From contig CBDHDN010000041.1 of assembly GCA_965261585.1 (NCBI GenBank), positions 1,669 to 65,668 on the forward strand: a stretch of DNA of 64,000 nt, written 5' to 3'. The DNA is from Alphaproteobacteria bacterium (GTDB lineage Bacteria > Pseudomonadota > Alphaproteobacteria > UBA6615). Each line of letters opens with the position of its first letter. The first letter of the stretch is position 1. This document shows positions 62,821 through 64,000 of the stretch, in pieces. The translations under genes were made by a program, and so were the position numbers. The notes under the pieces were generated by a model. It saw only the letters and a list, made by a program, of their open reading frames with translations, had not been told where the DNA came from and ran no database searches.

Positions 62821-63618
62821 TCAGGCCGCACGGCCGGGCGCACCCGATACCCTGGGCGAGGCCTTGTGCTGAATCTGCGCCTTGATCTCGTTGACCAAGT
62901 CGAAGAACCGCGGCTGCGTCGTGATGTCGAGGGAGCGCGGCCGCTCGAAGTCGATCTCGTAGACCGTCTGCAGGCGGCCCGGCCGCGCCGACATGACAAA
63001 CACGCCGTCGGACAAAAATACCGCCTCGGCGATGTTGTGGGTGATGAAGACGATCGTCTTCTTGGTCTCGAGCCAGATCTCTTCCAGGAGCAGGTTCATG
63101 TCGTCGCGGGTAAATGCGTCGAGCGCGCCGAACGGCTCATCCATCAACAGGACCGACGGGTCGAACGACAGCGCACGCACGATCGCGGCCCGCTGCTGCA
63201 TGCCGCCCGAGAGCTCGCGCGGGTACTTGTTCTGGAAGCCGGCAAGGCCGACGCGGTCGAGCAGATGGTCGATCCAGGCTTGGTCCGGGGGCTGCCCCTT
63301 GATCTCGAACGGCAGCAGGATGTTGCGCGCGAGCGTGCGCCACGGCAGCAGGTTCGCCTCCTGAAACACCATGCCGATCTGCGGGTGCGGCCGCATGATG
63401 GCCTTGTCATCGAGCAGGACTTGGCCGTCGGTCAAGTCATGCAGGCCGGCCATCGACCACAGCAATGTCGTCTTACCGCAACCGCTGGGGCCGAGGACGC
63501 AGGCGAACTCGCCTTCCTTGACGTCCATGGAGTAGGCGTCGAGCGCGTGCAGCGGGCCCGACTTCGTCGCGTAGTACTTGGTCGCGTTCTGGACGACCAG
63601 CTTGACGGGCCGGCTCAT
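62821..63618 (-). CDS. ABC transporter ATP-binding protein (NitT/TauT family)
   Basis: Walker A 'GPSGCGKTT', 'LSGGMQQRAAIVRAL' and 'LLMDEPFGALD'. Confidence 0.9.
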   Translation of the reverse strand: MSRPVKLVVQNATKYYATKSGPLHALDAYSMDVKEGEFACVLGPSGCGKTTLLWSMAGLHDLTDGQVLLDDKAIMRPHPQIGMVFQEANLLPWRTLARNILLPFEIKGQPPDQAWIDHLLDRVGLAGFQNKYPRELSGGMQQRAAIVRALSFDPSVLLMDEPFGALDAFTRDDMNLLLEEIWLETKKTIVFITHNIAEAVFLSDGVFVMSARPGRLQTVYEIDFERPRSLDITTQPRFFDLVNEIKAQIQHKASPRVSGAPGRAA

Positions 63619-63854
63619 GCCGCGAGGATCGCGGCGGATCGCGGCGCCCGCGCACCCAAAACCAGTGGCCAGACCTTGCCGACGATCGCCACGACGCCGA
63701 TCCTCCTCCCTAATTCGTTCGATCTAGCGTCGAACGTTGCATTACCGATGATGCATCCTAGCGGATCGAGTCTCCTACGTCGCCAGACGCATTTCAATGC
63801 TCGCGCCGGGGCTGGTATGTTGCCACGGTCGTTGCGCAAATAGGGGAGGAGGCC

Positions 63855-64000
63855 ATGTACCGGGCGATGTACGCCTATGCCTGGGACCTGGCGGGGGACA
63901 CGAACGGCATCGTCGACCGGCTGGTCGGGTGCGGGCTGAACACCGTCACCCTGGCCGGCAGCTATCATGCCGGCAAGTTCATCCGCCCCCAGGGCCGGCA
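63855..64000 (+). CDS. hypothetical protein, 5' partial at the window edge
   Basis: ATG at 63855 after GGGGAGGAGG. Open to the end of the window (MYRAMYAYAWDLAGDTNGIVDRLVGCGLNTVTLAGSYHAGKF...). Confidence 0.4.
   Translation, partial: MYRAMYAYAWDLAGDTNGIVDRLVGCGLNTVTLAGSYHAGKFIRPQGR

Overview
High-GC (about two-thirds G+C by eye) alphaproteobacterial-type chromosomal window. Its core is the conserved origin-proximal block: secB | dnaQ-coaE-aroE-maf-ppsR-like (minus strand), a 368-bp gap, then hemE-hemH-hemJ-rho ... mnmE-mnmG-rsmG-parA-parB (plus strand). I call the gap a candidate oriC and find two parS sites in the 5' end of rsmG. Left arm: Tad pilus genes, an EamA transporter, an outer-membrane barrel, a PEP-CTERM protein with a PrsT-like TPR lipoprotein, thpR, a FIST protein, tesA-like/ybbA/ybbP-like genes, a CDP-alcohol transferase and YceI. 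Right arm: a TPR/GT41-like gene, a nested IS cluster, mmcB, and an hldE-led LPS/O-antigen-type glycosyltransferase cluster that runs into a group II intron, an IS3-type element and a NitT/TauT-type ABC operon. Mobile DNA comprises two ISNCY-like copies (one carrying a group II intron), an IS1380-family element, an IS630-family element, an IS3-type element, a second unrelated group II intron and two copies of a 103-bp TA-flanked MITE. Many genes are frame-disrupted. Some lesions are short perfect tandem duplications (20 bp and 8 bp in prsT). Others are single-base shifts that could be assembly indel errors. No rRNA, tRNA or CRISPR was recognised. I did not find a convincing new multi-gene system; the most notable signals are the mobile-element architecture, the origin/parS calls and the unusual lesions. 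All family names are motif recognition by eye; no searches were run.
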